Of a stretch of 64,000 bases of DNA, positions 12,277 through 26,394 are shown in pieces. The position numbers and the translations under genes were made by a program. The notes under the pieces were generated by a model. That model searched no databases. It was given only the letters and a program-made list of their open reading frames with translations, and was not told the DNA's origin. The stretch comes from Albugo candida. Lineage: Eukaryota. The stretch covers positions 248,001 through 312,000 of the forward strand of contig JBDOQK010000029.1 in NCBI GenBank assembly GCA_040437565.1, given 5' to 3'. Within the stretch, counting starts at the first letter, position 1. Every line of letters starts with the position of its first letter.

Positions 12277-14338
12277 TATACTATTCTGATTCTAGCAATG
12301 TATAGATATTTTGTCTCATTTGTCCAATTGTATCGATCGAAGAGTTCCCTCGGTTCAGTGGCTCCTGTTTGGCTATTGTGACCTGGCTCACAAATTGACT
12401 TAGTCCAAAGCTAGTACAACGCTGCAATGAACATTAAGGAGCAACATTGTGCACCATTAATGTGAAGTACAATGGTGGTCTTGTGCTACATTACCAATAT
12501 ACTCAAAGACATAAATCTGTCGACATTTCATGTATCTGTACGATTATCAATTGAGCGCAGTACCAAACTTATCTTTGTCCGGAACTACTACCCATCATCT
12601 ATCATCGTTAGGCCTCCATTAAAAATTCTTTCCGCTCATTAGCATACCCGCATCGCGTCTATTACGCTCGATTGTCTCCCTCCCACTAAAACATCTCAAC
12701 TGGAAGAGAATGACTTGGTGCAGATGTACGTGTCCTATGGATTATGCTGATAAGAAGCTAGCTGCTTATTTCTACGATCAGCGCGAGTGAATCCCTCTTT
12801 CAAACAAATCTTATGCGAATTTTTTTTTCTCTACCGCAGATCGCAAGCTCTTACAAATTTGGCAAATCATCGTAGGCAAGCAACTGTCTGGTGCACTTCA
12901 TTTGAGTGCACAATACACATTGGTGTCTTAGTCATAGAGCTACGAATGCCTTCTTGCCGTACTACTCATCCTACACACAAACAACGCTCCAAGAAGAGAT
13001 TTTATATCGCTGCAGCATGAACTCTGGGTTTGAACGTTGCCGTCCCAGTTAATGACAGCTGTCGATTGCGATTTCCAGGACGTACTTGCATTAAACACGT
13101 ACTATGGCAGTATTCGCGCGGTCATCGAAAAGTTACCATAGAAAGCTAGCGAAAGCATGAAGAGATCAGTTCCTTCGAGAAGAATCGATAAAATTGCAAA
13201 AATACAGCTCCTACATAGCTTTATCACGTCCTGCCAAGCGCTAGCACGCTAGACTCCAAACCATTCAAAAGAATGCAAAGTCGCTTTGTGTATCGCATTC
13301 TGGTGATCATCGAGCTAGAGTAGACGAGTCTTGCTCGGTCATGGGCTTTCATGTTGTATTGATCGGCATTAATATCTGATTACCATTCACAAACTCAAGC
13401 TTGTATCGCTAGAGCAATACCAGCTACTAATACAAACTTTAAATCAGAAGTGATGACCTTAGCGTCATGTCAGAATCTTTTGCAATAGCACTGGTATCGA
13501 AGAATGATCCAGGCTTTGGAAGTTCCCCGTACCTTGTATACAAACCCCTGAGAAAATACAGGTGTCGCATCCTGGTGAATTTTATACCCCACAAGCTCAT
13601 CATACTGCTCTGTCTATGAATAAGGTGGTCTCTTAAAAGCGCATATTTCAATTTCGAATTTCCGATCACACGTCTGGGACGCAGTTTTTGCCTTCTTGTA
13701 CCTATGTCTTGTCAGTCCAGTTTGGAGAGACAGAATCGAACTTCACAGGGTAGGAGAAAAGGCCGAGACGAACGTCCGAAGCGCCAAACGATGGCTGGGA
13801 CTGGATAGCTCATTCTTTTATCGTAGCTGGTCTTCTCGATGCGGGATACACTCAAGTACCTTTTGACATGTGTTATATATCTGCATGAAATCTTTCAATG
13901 CGAGTGCTATGGTTTTTTACGTTGTTGAAGGGATAATGTTTTTTGCTGAATGATGGCAAAAGAGGCGAAGCAATACATGCTCATTATCGTAAGTATCCAA
14001 GAAGTAATTCCCCACATATTGGGCAAAAAACGTTTTCTTACACCTCTATGATCTGAAGCGATGCTGAATAGCGCGGCCTTTCAGTCCTTTGTCCGACTAA
14101 AAAGCGACAACAATCAACGTGTTTGTGATCTCTGAGGAGATGAGATCGAAAGAAATTGATAGAGAATTCGTGAAGGATACCGATTGCTGACAGATAGGAA
14201 TAAATGTTGCTTGTGCTCCTTCAGATATTCTAAAAAATCAGATAAGATACGTACATGCTTCTGACCACGTGATTAGTGACACTACACTTCTCTATCCCGC
14301 CTATACGCTTCATCTATTCGTTCCCTCCATGACTACAC

Positions 14339-15061
14339 ATGGATCCAACAAGACCACCAATACTGGCGCGACGATGGATACAAATTTGCAAGTGGTGTCT
14401 ATCCAACTTTGATGTGGCATCCTGCTGCGTATGATTGGTGGTTGTGCCTGATTTGTCAATATGTAAATAAGATATATGCGTAATTGGCATTTGACACATG
14501 TTCAAACGCCATCGCCCCATAACAAATACAATTTTCGTCATGAGTGGCGCCTACGTTTGGAGTCGGCACGCTGTCGATATTCAGTATGGATTAGGCCCGT
14601 CCATGGAACCGGAACTTCCCAATGGATGTCTTATAATAATAGATCGAATGTCTCGCTCATTCAGAAAACATCGTCGAGGAGATGTCGTTTTGCTGGAATC
14701 GCCCTGTAAAAGTCGTGGAGAAACCATGTGCAAGCGGATTCTCGCCATTGTACGTGACAAAGCGTTGAAAGAGACGGAATGTCACATGACGTGCGTTTGT
14801 AGGAGGGTGATGCAGTCAAAATAAATAGGGTCCAACAGCCTGAATCAGTTCAGGTGACAATTCCAAAAGGCCATGTGTGGGTAGAAGGTGACAATTCGTT
14901 GGTCTCGGTCGATTCTCGTCATTTTGGTGCGGTACCGAAGGCACTTATACGTGGACGAGTGCTTTTTGTGGTAGGATTAACGTCTGGATTATATACTTGA
15001 TACTCATTACTACCATTATTAGGTCTATCCCTTCGATATGTTTCATCGAGTGAATCGATAA
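14339..15061 (+). CDS. Mitochondrial inner-membrane protease subunit (S26 peptidase, IMP1/IMP2 family), copy 1
   Basis: GPSMEP (Ser), RGDVV, CKRI (Lys), then spliced exon EGDAV...PKGHVWVEGDN...DSRHFGAVP. Stop TAA at 15059-15061. Start uncertain (14339 or 14498). Confidence 0.85.
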
Positions 15062-16677
15062 GTCGAAAAGTCGAATTTGCTTTATGAAGCGGGTAGTTTT
15101 GTTTCTTCGGTAACAAAAAGCGCAACTTTATCAAAAACAGTAGCATGCATCNNNNNNNNNNNNNNNNNNNNNNNNNNNNNNNNNNNNNNNNNNNNNNNNN
15201 NNNNNNNNNNNNNNNNNNNNNNNNNNNNNNNNNNNNNNNNNNNNNNNNNNNATACACATTGGTGTCTTAGTCATAGAGCTACGAATGCCTTCTTGCCGTA
15301 CTACTCATCCTACACACAAACAACGCTCCAAGAAGAGATTTTATATCGCTGCAGCATGAACTCTGGGTTTGAACGTTGCCGTCCCAGTTAATGACAGCTG
15401 TCGATTGCGATTTCCAGGACGTACTTGCATTAAACACGTACTATGGCAGTATTCGCGCGGTCATCGAAAAGTTACCATAGAAAGCTAGCGAAAGCATGAA
15501 GAGATCAGTTCCTTCGAGAAGAATCGATAAAATTGCAAAAATACAGCTCCTACATAGCTTTATCACGTCCTGCCAAGCGCTAGCACGCTAGACTCCAAAC
15601 CATTCAAAAGAATGCAAAGTCGCTTTGTGTATCGCATTCTGGTGATCATCGAGCTAGAGTAGACGAGTCTTGCTCGGTCATGGGCTTTCATGTTGTATTG
15701 ATCGGCATTAATATCTGATTACCATTCACAAACTCAAGCTTGTATCGCTAGAGCAATACCAGCTACTAATACAAACTTTAAATCAGAAGTGATGACCTTA
15801 GCGTCATGTCAGAATCTTTTGCAATAGCACTGGTATCGAAGAATGATCCAGGCTTTGGAAGTTCCCCGTACCTTGTATACAAACCCCTGAGAAAATACAG
15901 GTGTCGCATCCTGGTGAATTTTATACCCCACAAGCTCATCATACTGCTCTGTCTATGAATAAGGTGGTCTCTTAAAAGCGCATATTTCAATTTCGAATTT
16001 CCGATCACACGTCTGGGACGCAGTTTTTGCCTTCTTGTACCTATGTCTTGTCAGTCCAGTTTGGAGAGACAGAATCGAACTTCACAGGGTAGGAGAAAAG
16101 GCCGAGACGAACGTCCGAAGCGCCAAACGATGGCTGGGACTGGATAGCTCATTCTTTTATCGTAGCTGGTCTTCTCGATGCGGGATACACTCAAGTACCT
16201 TTTGACATGTGTTATATATCTGCATGAAATCTTTCAATGCGAGTGCTATGGTTTTTTACGTTGTTGAAGGGATAATGTTTTTTGCTGAATGATGGCAAAA
16301 GAGGCGAAGCAATACATGCTCATTATCGTAAGTATCCAAGAAGTAATTCCCCACATATTGGGCAAAAAACGTTTTCTTACACCTCTATGATCTGAAGCGA
16401 TGCTGAATAGCGCGGCCTTTCAGTCCTTTGTCCGACTAAAAAGCGACAACAATCAACGTGTTTGTGATCTCTGAGGAGATGAGATCGAAAGAAATTGATA
16501 GAGAATTCGTGAAGGATACCGATTGCTGACAGATAGGAATAAATGTTGCTTGTGCTCCTTCAGATATTCTAAAAAATCAGATAAGATACGTACATGCTTC
16601 TGACCACGTGATTAGTGACACTACACTTCTCTATCCCGCCTATACGCTTCATCTATTCGTTCCCTCCATGACTACAC

Positions 16678-17400
16678 ATGGATCCAACAAGACCACCAAT
16701 ACTGGCGCGACGATGGATACAAATTTGCAAGTGGTGTCTATCCAACTTTGATGTGGCATCCTGCTGCGTATGATTGGTGGTTGTGCCTGATTTGTCAATA
16801 TGTAAATAAGATATATGCGTAATTGGCATTTGACACATGTTCAAACGCCATCGCCCCATAACAAATACAATTTTCGTCATGAGTGGCGCCTACGTTTGGA
16901 GTCGGCACGCTGTCGATATTCAGTATGGATTAGGCCCGTCCATGGAACCGGAACTTCCCAATGGATGTCTTATAATAATAGATCGAATGTCTCGCTCATT
17001 CAGAAAACATCGTCGAGGAGATGTCGTTTTGCTGGAATCGCCCTGTAAAAGTCGTGGAGAAACCATGTGCAAGCGGATTCTCGCCATTGTACGTGACAAA
17101 GCGTTGAAAGAGACGGAATGTCACATGACGTGCGTTTGTAGGAGGGTGATGCAGTCAAAATAAATAGGGTCCAACAGCCTGAATCAGTTCAGGTGACAAT
17201 TCCAAAAGGCCATGTGTGGGTAGAAGGTGACAATTCGTTGGTCTCGGTCGATTCTCGTCATTTTGGTGCGGTACCGAAGGCACTTATACGTGGACGAGTG
17301 CTTTTTGTGGTAGGATTAACGTCTGGATTATATACTTGATACTCATTACTACCATTATTAGGTCTATCCCTTCGATATGTTTCATCGAGTGAATCGATAA
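16678..17400 (+). CDS. IMP1/IMP2-family peptidase, copy 2 (identical; probably the same locus duplicated by assembly)
   Basis: Lies in block 15252-17490, which appears identical to 12913-15151 (offset 2339) across a 100-N gap. Confidence 0.7.
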
Positions 17401-17915
17401 GTCGAAAAGTCGAATTTGCTTTATGAAGCGGGTAGTTTTGTTTCTTCGGTAACAAAAAGCGCAACTTTATCAAAAACAGTAGCATGCATCCCTCAAATGA
17501 AATCAAATTACACACTGAAGACTCGATATAACTCGAATACAACTCAACTGCTACTGTGACAATCGTTTCGTCGATGATCTATTCATCACAGAGATGCGGA
17601 AGGATATGGTCCATCCACCTGTTTGGTGTACTTCTATCTTCTATGGTGACATTGCGACACATTTGACGCTTCATGATTGTTAGCAGCGCTTAATTCGGCA
17701 AGGTCCAGCTTATCAATTGTATACCTCCACATCCTACTCTTCGTCGATTATGGATAACCGTCACTACCAAATACTAATGCCGTCCTTGTTTCGAGACTGA
17801 CGAGATTGCTTCGATGCCGTGGCTCTTGCTCCTGTTCCCGCCTGTTCTCATCTTCAGCTTCTGGTTCACCGACTTCAACCACTGATTCATCGATAGCCAT
17901 GAGATCTTTTGGGGC

Positions 17916-20243
17916 GGTATCAGTACATCTGATGACAGTACGCTGCGTTCCCGCATTATGATTGACTTTCTTACCAAAAAAGTGCTTTAATTCTCTTAAG
18001 CTCACTCCGAGCTGCGCAAATACGCGCATGCATTGGAATGACAGATACAATGTCAAGTGTCATTGTGGGAATAAACGACCTCACCAGTACATATCGTTTG
18101 CAGACTTCGTGGCGCCCGTACAGTCTGTACACCACCAGACGCACATAAATGGTCATGGAGACAATAATGCCGTACACAGGGTCCAACTATAATCATTTCA
18201 ATGGGAAATGAGCACAACGTGTTCAAGCAAATGCCGCAAGTGGAAAGCTGTTTGCAGGTAAGTTTTCTTTATGAAGGGTTGCTCAAATCAGATCTTGATG
18301 GAAAGCGATGAGGACAATAATTGGCAGGGCTCGAGAATTTTCTTAGTGCTCAATATTAGCAGGAACTGAGCTCTTACAGCTACTTGTGAAAATATTGGAG
18401 CTTGCGTTTATTGAGAGGTTGGATCGGTCGAGCATTGCTACACTTTAGACATTTGCGAAATTGATCCAGTTGCTTTTGAGACACCTGCCAGATGTCTTTC
18501 GAAATCGTCCATTCCACTCCTTCTGAGTATGGAGGTGTGGTCAAAGATCCTCGGAGTCGGTAAAATCCTTTCTCTAATTTCAGTAAAGATGACAAATCGA
18601 TAGAATCGATCGCTTTGTTTTCTTTTACTGCACTGAGATCAAGTGTTTGTAAGTGATCCCAAAATTGAGCCAAGAACGGACTCTCGTCGCCGACTTCGAA
18701 TAAGATGCCAAAAACTGCAAGTGCACCATCCTCAGCTTGATTTACCAAATGGAATTCCATATCATATTGCTTCCCATTAATCGTATGCTCGCCTAAACAT
18801 CAGACATTTAAAAGTCGACGAGGGGAGGATAAAGCGCACAAACTTGGTGTGTGAAAGTGGAATTGTGCACAGCGGAATGTTTTTTGTGTGACGCAGATAT
18901 GATTTTCCTGGTTCAAATCCTGTAAACAGACTTTAAAATTGGCCCCATCGGCCTGTATCTCAGCTTTCATCTCGTTCGTTGAGCAGAAAAAAATCGATGA
19001 CAAATCCTCACACTTCTCGTCGGTAGCAANNNNNNNNNNNNNNNNNNNNNNNNNNNNNNNNNNNNNNNNNNNNNNNNNNNNNNNNNNNNNNNNNNNNNNN
19101 NNNNNNNNNNNNNNNNNNNNNNNNNNNNNGGTATCAGTACATCTGATGACAGTACGCTGCGTTCCCGCATTATGATTGACTTTCTTACCAAAAAAGTGCT
19201 TTAATTCTCTTAAGCTCACTCCGAGCTGCGCAAATACGCGCATGCATTGGAATGACAGATACAATGTCAAGTGTCATTGTGGGAATAAACGACCTCACCA
19301 GTACATATCGTTTGCAGACTTCGTGGCGCCCGTACAGTCTGTACACCACCAGACGCACATAAATGGTCATGGAGACAATAATGCCGTACACAGGGTCCAA
19401 CTATAATCATTTCAATGGGAAATGAGCACAACGTGTTCAAGCAAATGCCGCAAGTGGAAAGCTGTTTGCAGGTAAGTTTTCTTTATGAAGGGTTGCTCAA
19501 ATCAGATCTTGATGGAAAGCGATGAGGACAATAATTGGCAGGGCTCGAGAATTTTCTTAGTGCTCAATATTAGCAGGAACTGAGCTCTTACAGCTACTTG
19601 TGAAAATATTGGAGCTTGCGTTTATTGAGAGGTTGGATCGGTCGAGCATTGCTACACTTTAGACATTTGCGAAATTGATCCAGTTGCTTTTGAGACACCT
19701 GCCAGATGTCTTTCGAAATCGTCCATTCCACTCCTTCTGAGTATGGAGGTGTGGTCAAAGATCCTCGGAGTCGGTAAAATCCTTTCTCTAATTTCAGTAA
19801 AGATGACAAATCGATAGAATCGATCGCTTTGTTTTCTTTTACTGCACTGAGATCAAGTGTTTGTAAGTGATCCCAAAATTGAGCCAAGAACGGACTCTCG
19901 TCGCCGACTTCGAATAAGATGCCAAAAACTGCAAGTGCACCATCCTCAGCTTGATTTACCAAATGGAATTCCATATCATATTGCTTCCCATTAATCGTAT
20001 GCTCGCCTAAACATCAGACATTTAAAAGTCGACGAGGGGAGGATAAAGCGCACAAACTTGGTGTGTGAAAGTGGAATTGTGCACAGCGGAATGTTTTTTG
20101 TGTGACGCAGATATGATTTTCCTGGTTCAAATCCTGTAAACAGACTTTAAAATTGGCCCCATCGGCCTGTATCTCAGCTTTCATCTCGTTCGTTGAGCAG
20201 AAAAAAATCGATGACAAATCCTCACACTTCTCGTCGGTAGCAA
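17916..20243. repeat. 1.11-kb direct duplicate flanking a gap (17916-19029 / 19130-20243)
   Basis: Offset 1214, identical ORFs. The first copy contains a 5'-truncated carbonic anhydrase at 18380-19029. Confidence 0.9.
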
Positions 20244-20307
20244 CCGCATCCGACAAATCAATAGGCGATTGCTCCTCGCCATAATAGTCCTCTTGTTGAT
20301 TAGTCAT
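19594..20307 (-). CDS. Alpha-class carbonic anhydrase (2 exons)
   Basis: EQSPIDL, QFHFHTPS|EHTINGKQYDMEFHLV (three Zn-ligand His), RGSLTTPPYSEGVEW and NARPIQPLN. Confidence 0.93.
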
Positions 20308-21489
20308 TTTACAGCAAATGAGACCGAGTATAGAACTCTTATCAACCTCACAACTTTGACACGCTTCTACAATCCTATCAGTCTACAGCTATAGATCAAA
20401 TTTTCAAAACTGAGCTATTACGTATGCTACCACGTGCTATACACAATTCGTATTGATACTAATCACTCGAGATCACGTCAACTCACAGTATCTTTGTCGA
20501 ACGCTCTGTCTACAATGAGCTTTACTCGACCACAATCCTACGGTATACATCGCTTCGTTATTTGTTCGATATTTTTCAAGACGTACTGTGTGTATGTATG
20601 CGGACAAACATATATCAAATGCACTTAGAATCTTGGAAGCAATCCACCAATTTGAAGTCGACAGCATAAGTTTGTTATCTCGTGCTCGTATTTGGTCGTG
20701 ACAATGGGGAGGAAAAATCTTAATGTCATATCTGATGTGAGGATTCGTAGCATAGAAATCCAAGTCTAGTACACAGTTGAAGCTTCATCTCATCAATCAC
20801 TGACCTTCGTAAAATGAAAATTCAGGATCGGATATGTCGAAGCCAGCAAAACATCATGGTTTACGTATCCGATACGATGGACGCTAGCAATTATCTGCTA
20901 CTCAACTCGGCCTTACTTTCGTCAGTGGTTTTGCGCTGGATACTCTCGCAGTCAATGTGGGAAGCAGGTGCTACTTTTATTTTCGACAAACTTTTTCGCG
21001 TAACAAAACGTCGTAATTGAATTTTCACGAAAGTCATCAGCTATAGCGAGAGTCATGCGAGCATTTTGTTGCCAGGACTTATTACATCGAGAGATTGCTG
21101 TAACCTATGACGTCCAAACAGTAGAAATAGATAACATCAACATTAAAATTTTAAGCGAGAAGCTCACCATAGCTTACGCATCGACTTCCATGCGTCAAAG
21201 ATGGTCAAGTTCATGCATTCCATCGTTTGAGTAACATGCTGTCCGATTCATCGTTGAATTGATGTCTATTACTCTAGCATTTTTGCACGAGTCTCGACGG
21301 TAATCGCAAATGAAGCAATAGATATATCGATACTTTGAGGCTCTGTAGATGGATCGCGAAGGTAACTCGCAGGCTGTTAGAGCTTAGATTTACAGATGTT
21401 TCAGCAGAGATTTACACTTAAGCAGAGTGCGAAAAATATTCTTCCATTCGATTCTTCATCAGCTGATAATTATCGTTACTAACTATCGA

Positions 21490-23944
21490 ATGTTACAATC
21501 AAAGCAATCTTTAATGACGACCTCGACATGCGCACAAGATCGAATACAAGTAGAAGACAATGAGAATATGGATAATTCCGACGCACACACTGCGACCACG
21601 AGTATGTTAAATGACTTCACACAAACCATTGCTCAGGAAGTCGATCATGCAACCTCCAAATGGCTCAAGCTTTTCTCGTCCACTTTTCTTGGCACCAGCT
21701 CTGTTGCTGCAAATGATGAAACCTCTCAGCCATCCTTAAACAGTCGAAATTCGATTTCTGGTAGTAAAAGACACGAAACAATGCAAACATATAAAATTGC
21801 ATTGGTTGGAGGTCCGGCTGTGGTATGAAGAATGATCTAGCTCGTTTTAATCGAACTAATAAAAAGCTTCAAGGGGAAAACAAGTATTGTGAGGCGATGG
21901 AGGCAACAAGCTTATCCCACAAAGTATCGGAAAACTATTGGAATCGATATCAGCTCAAAGATATATCAATTGAGGAATGGGCAATCGGTTCAATTGATGT
22001 TCTGGGATATCTCCAGTGCTGAAGTGGAAGAAAATAAGTTCTCGGCATTGCATTCGCTAATTTGCGATCAGTTGGATGGTGTCTTTTTCGTAGTCAACAT
22101 CGAACGTCTTAATTCGATAGCGGCAATTGATAGATGGCGAAATGCTCTGTCGAAATATATCTCTGCAATAGAGATTCCTTTTTACTTGCTTTGTCACAAA
22201 GCAGATCTTATTCACAACAGAGTCATGTCGACGGAGGATATCGCTGTGTACGCAAAGGTAGGCGTAAAAATGACAAGGTGTCTGGTTTAAATTGTGCTCA
22301 CAGGTGGCCGGGTATCGAGGCTGGCTATGGACTGTAGGATGTCGCAGTTTTGGCGAAAACGATCGACACCCTGCGGTCTTGGAAGCACTCGAATCGATGG
22401 TAGAAGACGTATATACCAATCGGAAAAATTCACGAGCAAAAGAAATTGTATGCGACCGAAAAAATACTGAAGCGCGTTCCACTAATATAGAATGCGAATT
22501 CTGTAGAGTTGTCTATTTGGAAGTACCGGATCGCTGTCATTGCCTGAGGTGATTCACGTGGATGAGACCTTGAACTTTTTTTCTTCATCGCTTGTGAAAA
22601 ATGCAACGAAAGCTATCACCACAGCAGCACGAGACGGGAAAGAATACTTGGATGAGAAGAGGGATTCAAGCAGTCAAGAAGTACCAAGTTTGGGTAGCAA
22701 CTGGATGCTGGGATGCGAGAAAGAAATGTACTGGCGTCCAACCAGCGACAGCGTTCTCACTCGTTACGGCTCGGACGACGATGAGTCGATAGATTCCAAC
22801 GATTACTCATTTCCATTCGCGAATCTGGAAAGCATCAGTGTGGATCCAAACGACCATAATTTGCCTCATCCAGAGGATCGAATTTCCAAAGAGCCGACTG
22901 ATAAAATCCCGGGACCGAGAACGTCGGCTTCCGGCTCACCACAAGTCGTGATACCTGAGCTGACCGAAGATGCAGCATGGCAATTCTTTGGTGGAAATAT
23001 CAGTCGCCAGCAAGCCGAAAACATATTACAGTAAGCGATTGAGGAAATTCCCGATGTTCGCTTACCAATTTACGATAGCGGGCACGAGAATGGAACTTTC
23101 TTGCTACGTCGTAAAGACGAAAGAACGCTTGTATTGTCGTATTTGGAAGGCTATGAAACTCACCACGCGCTGATTGAGTACTCTAAGAAGCAGTATCACA
23201 TCGGATCGTCCAAGGTATTGTGTCGACTATAAAGCGGAAATCTGCTAATTTTGTATCAAGTAGAGTTCTCAGTTATCGTTTGAGACTTTGGCCAAGTGCA
23301 TCCGAAGCGTACGAAAATATGCGTATCGAGGTCTACTTTTCTCGAAATGCTCAGGCGCCCATAAGAGCGTTCAAGAGTATCGAGTACTGTCCAAAGTGCA
23401 TGCTAATAATGGAACCAAAACAATCTCCGAGGGCAATCTAAAATGGCAACTCAGTGAAGCCGATGATGCCCATGTTGGGAGGAGGAAGGTGATATTCTCA
23501 AATTCAGAGCAGTCGATACTTCAAATCAGACAAGAAAGCATCGATACTCCTTCTCAGCAAAGTATTTCCGATCTGTGTGATGACTACTATGATCGACTGC
23601 AATGTCGTCTAGAAGGCTTGCGATTGCGAGGTCGGAAAATGTCTGCATTTGTTGCACTGCTGATAGTATTCGATGATAGACACCAGGCTTAAAGATATGT
23701 ACGACAATGCCTGCCTTGTGGAACAATGCAGAAATGAGAGATTAGAATTCAAGCGGCTTGATTTCAGCGAAAATAGCTCATTACAGTGGCGAACATTCAT
23801 CAAGAATATGGATACGTGGAACCGAATCATTCTCAATTTCGTAAGCTTTCTCACATGACAAAATTTGCTTGCTAATGAAATGTCATGCAGGAAGAACTCG
23901 ATGAGATGGATGAAAGTGACGAAATAGAGTCAGAAATCTCGTGA
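21490..23944 (+). CDS. Rab-like small GTPase domain + SH2 domain + C-terminal helical region (multi-exon)
   Basis: Spliced G1 KIALVGGPAV|GKTS, G2 KTIGID, degenerate G3 FWDISSAE, G4 CHKAD. Later WQFFGGNISRQQAENILH|GHENGTFLLRRKDERTLVLSY...HHALI...SFETLAKCI (SH2). Stop TGA at 23942-23944. Confidence 0.8.
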
Positions 23945-24053
23945 GCCCTTTCGATTCGCTTCCTGACGCAGAATTTTTTCATCCCGAAAATTGTGACATG
24001 TCAAAAACGGAGCGCTGTACTTATAAACTCACTCTATTATTGCCACAGATTTT

Positions 24054-26394
24054 TCATTCTTGACGTGATGTGTTCCTCCGCTTTTTCACCCGTCGTTTGT
24101 ACACCGCGATCGTGTCATCGACTCGAATTCCCCATTGAAGGTGATCGGCTTTGACTGCAGCGCTTAAGAATCGATTCAATTTCTCAGCTCGTTCCCCAAT
24201 TGTTTTCTGAGAGAAATTTCCAATGATTTGACGATGAGGAATTTGTGGAATATTCTTCTTCTTGACGCCAGCTTCTTTATGCAGCCGATCGCATAGATTT
24301 CGGAATGTGCTGTAGCGCTTCCAGCAATATACTGTGCCATAGTTGTTTGTGTTTATCTCCAATTTGTATTGAATAAACTTTTTGCCCTTTTGAGTGATCA
24401 CGCGGCTGTCAGTAATTCGAACCGAAACAATGCCAATTTCTTCCGGAACTAGTGAAACAATGAATCAGTGATGAGAGAGGATTGGGTAATAGACAACGTA
24501 CCGGGTAATTGCTCATCAACAATCACAGTCTCACGCTCTTCTCGAGCAGGTACAATGACATCTCTGATCTGCACAAAGGCCAAAACATGATCCTCCTCGA
24601 TGATAGTTTCAGATTCTGTGTGGACGGCATAGCAACCGACATGAGGGTCCAGCCCAATGATTTCACCAAAGCCAAAAGGAGTGTTGACTCGAGTTCGTGG
24701 TGATAGAATACGGTCATCATCCAACTCGATGGCGCTACTGGGTACGGTCAACACCTCCTCTGAAGGTACTTCCGTCAAATGTACATCGTACATGTCCGTG
24801 TCTTTGTCATATTTGATCACACGCCCACGACCGTATCCGTGGACAAGAACGGGAACATCCAAACTATATGACTGATCGTAATTTTCCATTCTTTCAAACC
24901 GAAGTTGGTCTAGACGAGCTCTCTCAGCTTCATCTTCAGTGACCATCTGTTGCTGTTCCTGATAACATAGTTGCCTCTCTTGCTCAATGAACGTGACTGT
25001 TTCATATTCTTCATTAGCCATGAGNNNNNNNNNNNNNNNNNNNNNNNNNNNNNNNNNNNNNNNNNNNNNNNNNNNNNNNNNNNNNNNNNNNNNNNNNNNN
25101 NNNNNNNNNNNNNNNNNNNNNNNNGTACATGTCCGTGTCTTTGTCATATTTGATCACACGCCCACGACCGTATCCGTGGACAAGAACGGGAACATCCAAA
25201 CTATATGACTGATCGTAATTTTCCATTCTTTCAAACCGAAGTTGGTCTAGACGAGCTCTCTCAGCTTCATCTTCAGTGACCATCTGTTGCTGTTCCTGAT
25301 AACATAGTTGCCTCTCTTGCTCAATGAACGTGACTGTTTCATATTCTTCATTAGCCATGAGCGCGATCTCGGTCTCTTGTAGCAGACGTTCCTCCTCTTC
25401 TTGAAGTAATAGTTGGAATCTCCGCTGTTCTTCTTCTTCGTCTTGCATTTTCTCTTGCTCTTCCACTTGGAGCCTGAGTGACTTCACGTCGTTCTGATTC
25501 AAGTCAAATTCATCGTCACCTCCTTTTCCATTCTTTTGAAGATCTTCGGTATCTAACCCGTCAGCAGAGAGGCTGTCTTCATCGGTTTCTCTGTAAGAAA
25601 AAAGCTCATTTAGCACATCAAGCGACATCATTCTCAGGCCGTATTGCTTACATGGAAAAAGTTTCTTTCTCATGTGCCTCCGAATCACTTATTCTATAAG
25701 TATGCTCTTCAAAGGATTCTTGTACGATCGTAACTTTCTCCATTGTGATTCTTTTCTCAACCGTAATCGTAGTTTCGATTCCCCCTTCAACCACCACTTC
25801 CTCTTTGATCGTCCTCTCTTCATTTCTCCTCATTTCCTCTATCAGTCTCTTCTCTGTGACTATCTTCTCCTCTTCAATTCGTGCGGCTTCGGCGATCCGC
25901 TCCTTTTCAATTCTTGCGGCTTCAGCAATCCGCTCCTCTTCGATTCTTGCGGCTTCGGCTTGTTCTCTTCGTATTCGTTTAGTTTCCTGCACACGAGCTT
26001 CATATTCTTCATGATGACGTTCTGCTTCCATTCTTTCTCGTTCCGACAGTTCTGCTAGCCATTCCTGATGCTTCTTTTTCGCATCCGTCTTGGCGAGCTG
26101 AACCGTATACCCAATCCCATACTTTTTAATCAGCTGACGCACTGCAAAAGCACGCCCAACACTTTGTATTTTGACGGCTGTCTCGTGCACAAAACGCATT
26201 GTCTTTGGACGATGCAGATACCAGTACTTGACTGCTGCTTTCGATGACATTATCGTCTCCAAATCAAGCGGTCGAAGCTGGGTCTCATCCGTCTGAATGG
26301 ATCGATGCGTAGCTTCATCGCGACTGAGAGCTTCATGATCGGTCAGAATCGTTGATTCACGACCATCTTTCGGTGTCCAGTACGAAGAATACAT
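24054..26394 (-). CDS. IQ-motif / coiled-coil / C-terminal PX-domain protein (multi-exon, spans a gap with a 237-bp overlap duplicate)
   Basis: AVKIQSVGRAFAVRQ (IQ), E/R-rich helix with AEAARIEEE repeats, and PX motifs YKLEI...KRYSTFRNL...IPQIP...ERAEKLNRFL. Confidence 0.8.

Larger units (their letters stand above)
12913..17490. repeat. 2.24-kb direct duplicate flanking a gap (12913-15151 / 15252-17490)
   Basis: The ORF translations in the two copies are identical and each copy abuts the N run. Confidence 0.9.

Noticed and set aside
13000-14300. Short ORFs upstream of the IMP peptidase (also 17500-18300 and 7200-8100)
   Set aside because: No motifs and frequent stops in all frames examined, so neither a gene nor a pseudogene can be supported.
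12913-20243. Apparent tandem duplications of the IMP peptidase and carbonic anhydrase genes
   Set aside because: The copies look identical and end exactly at fixed 100-N gaps, which is typical of unmerged contig overlaps.
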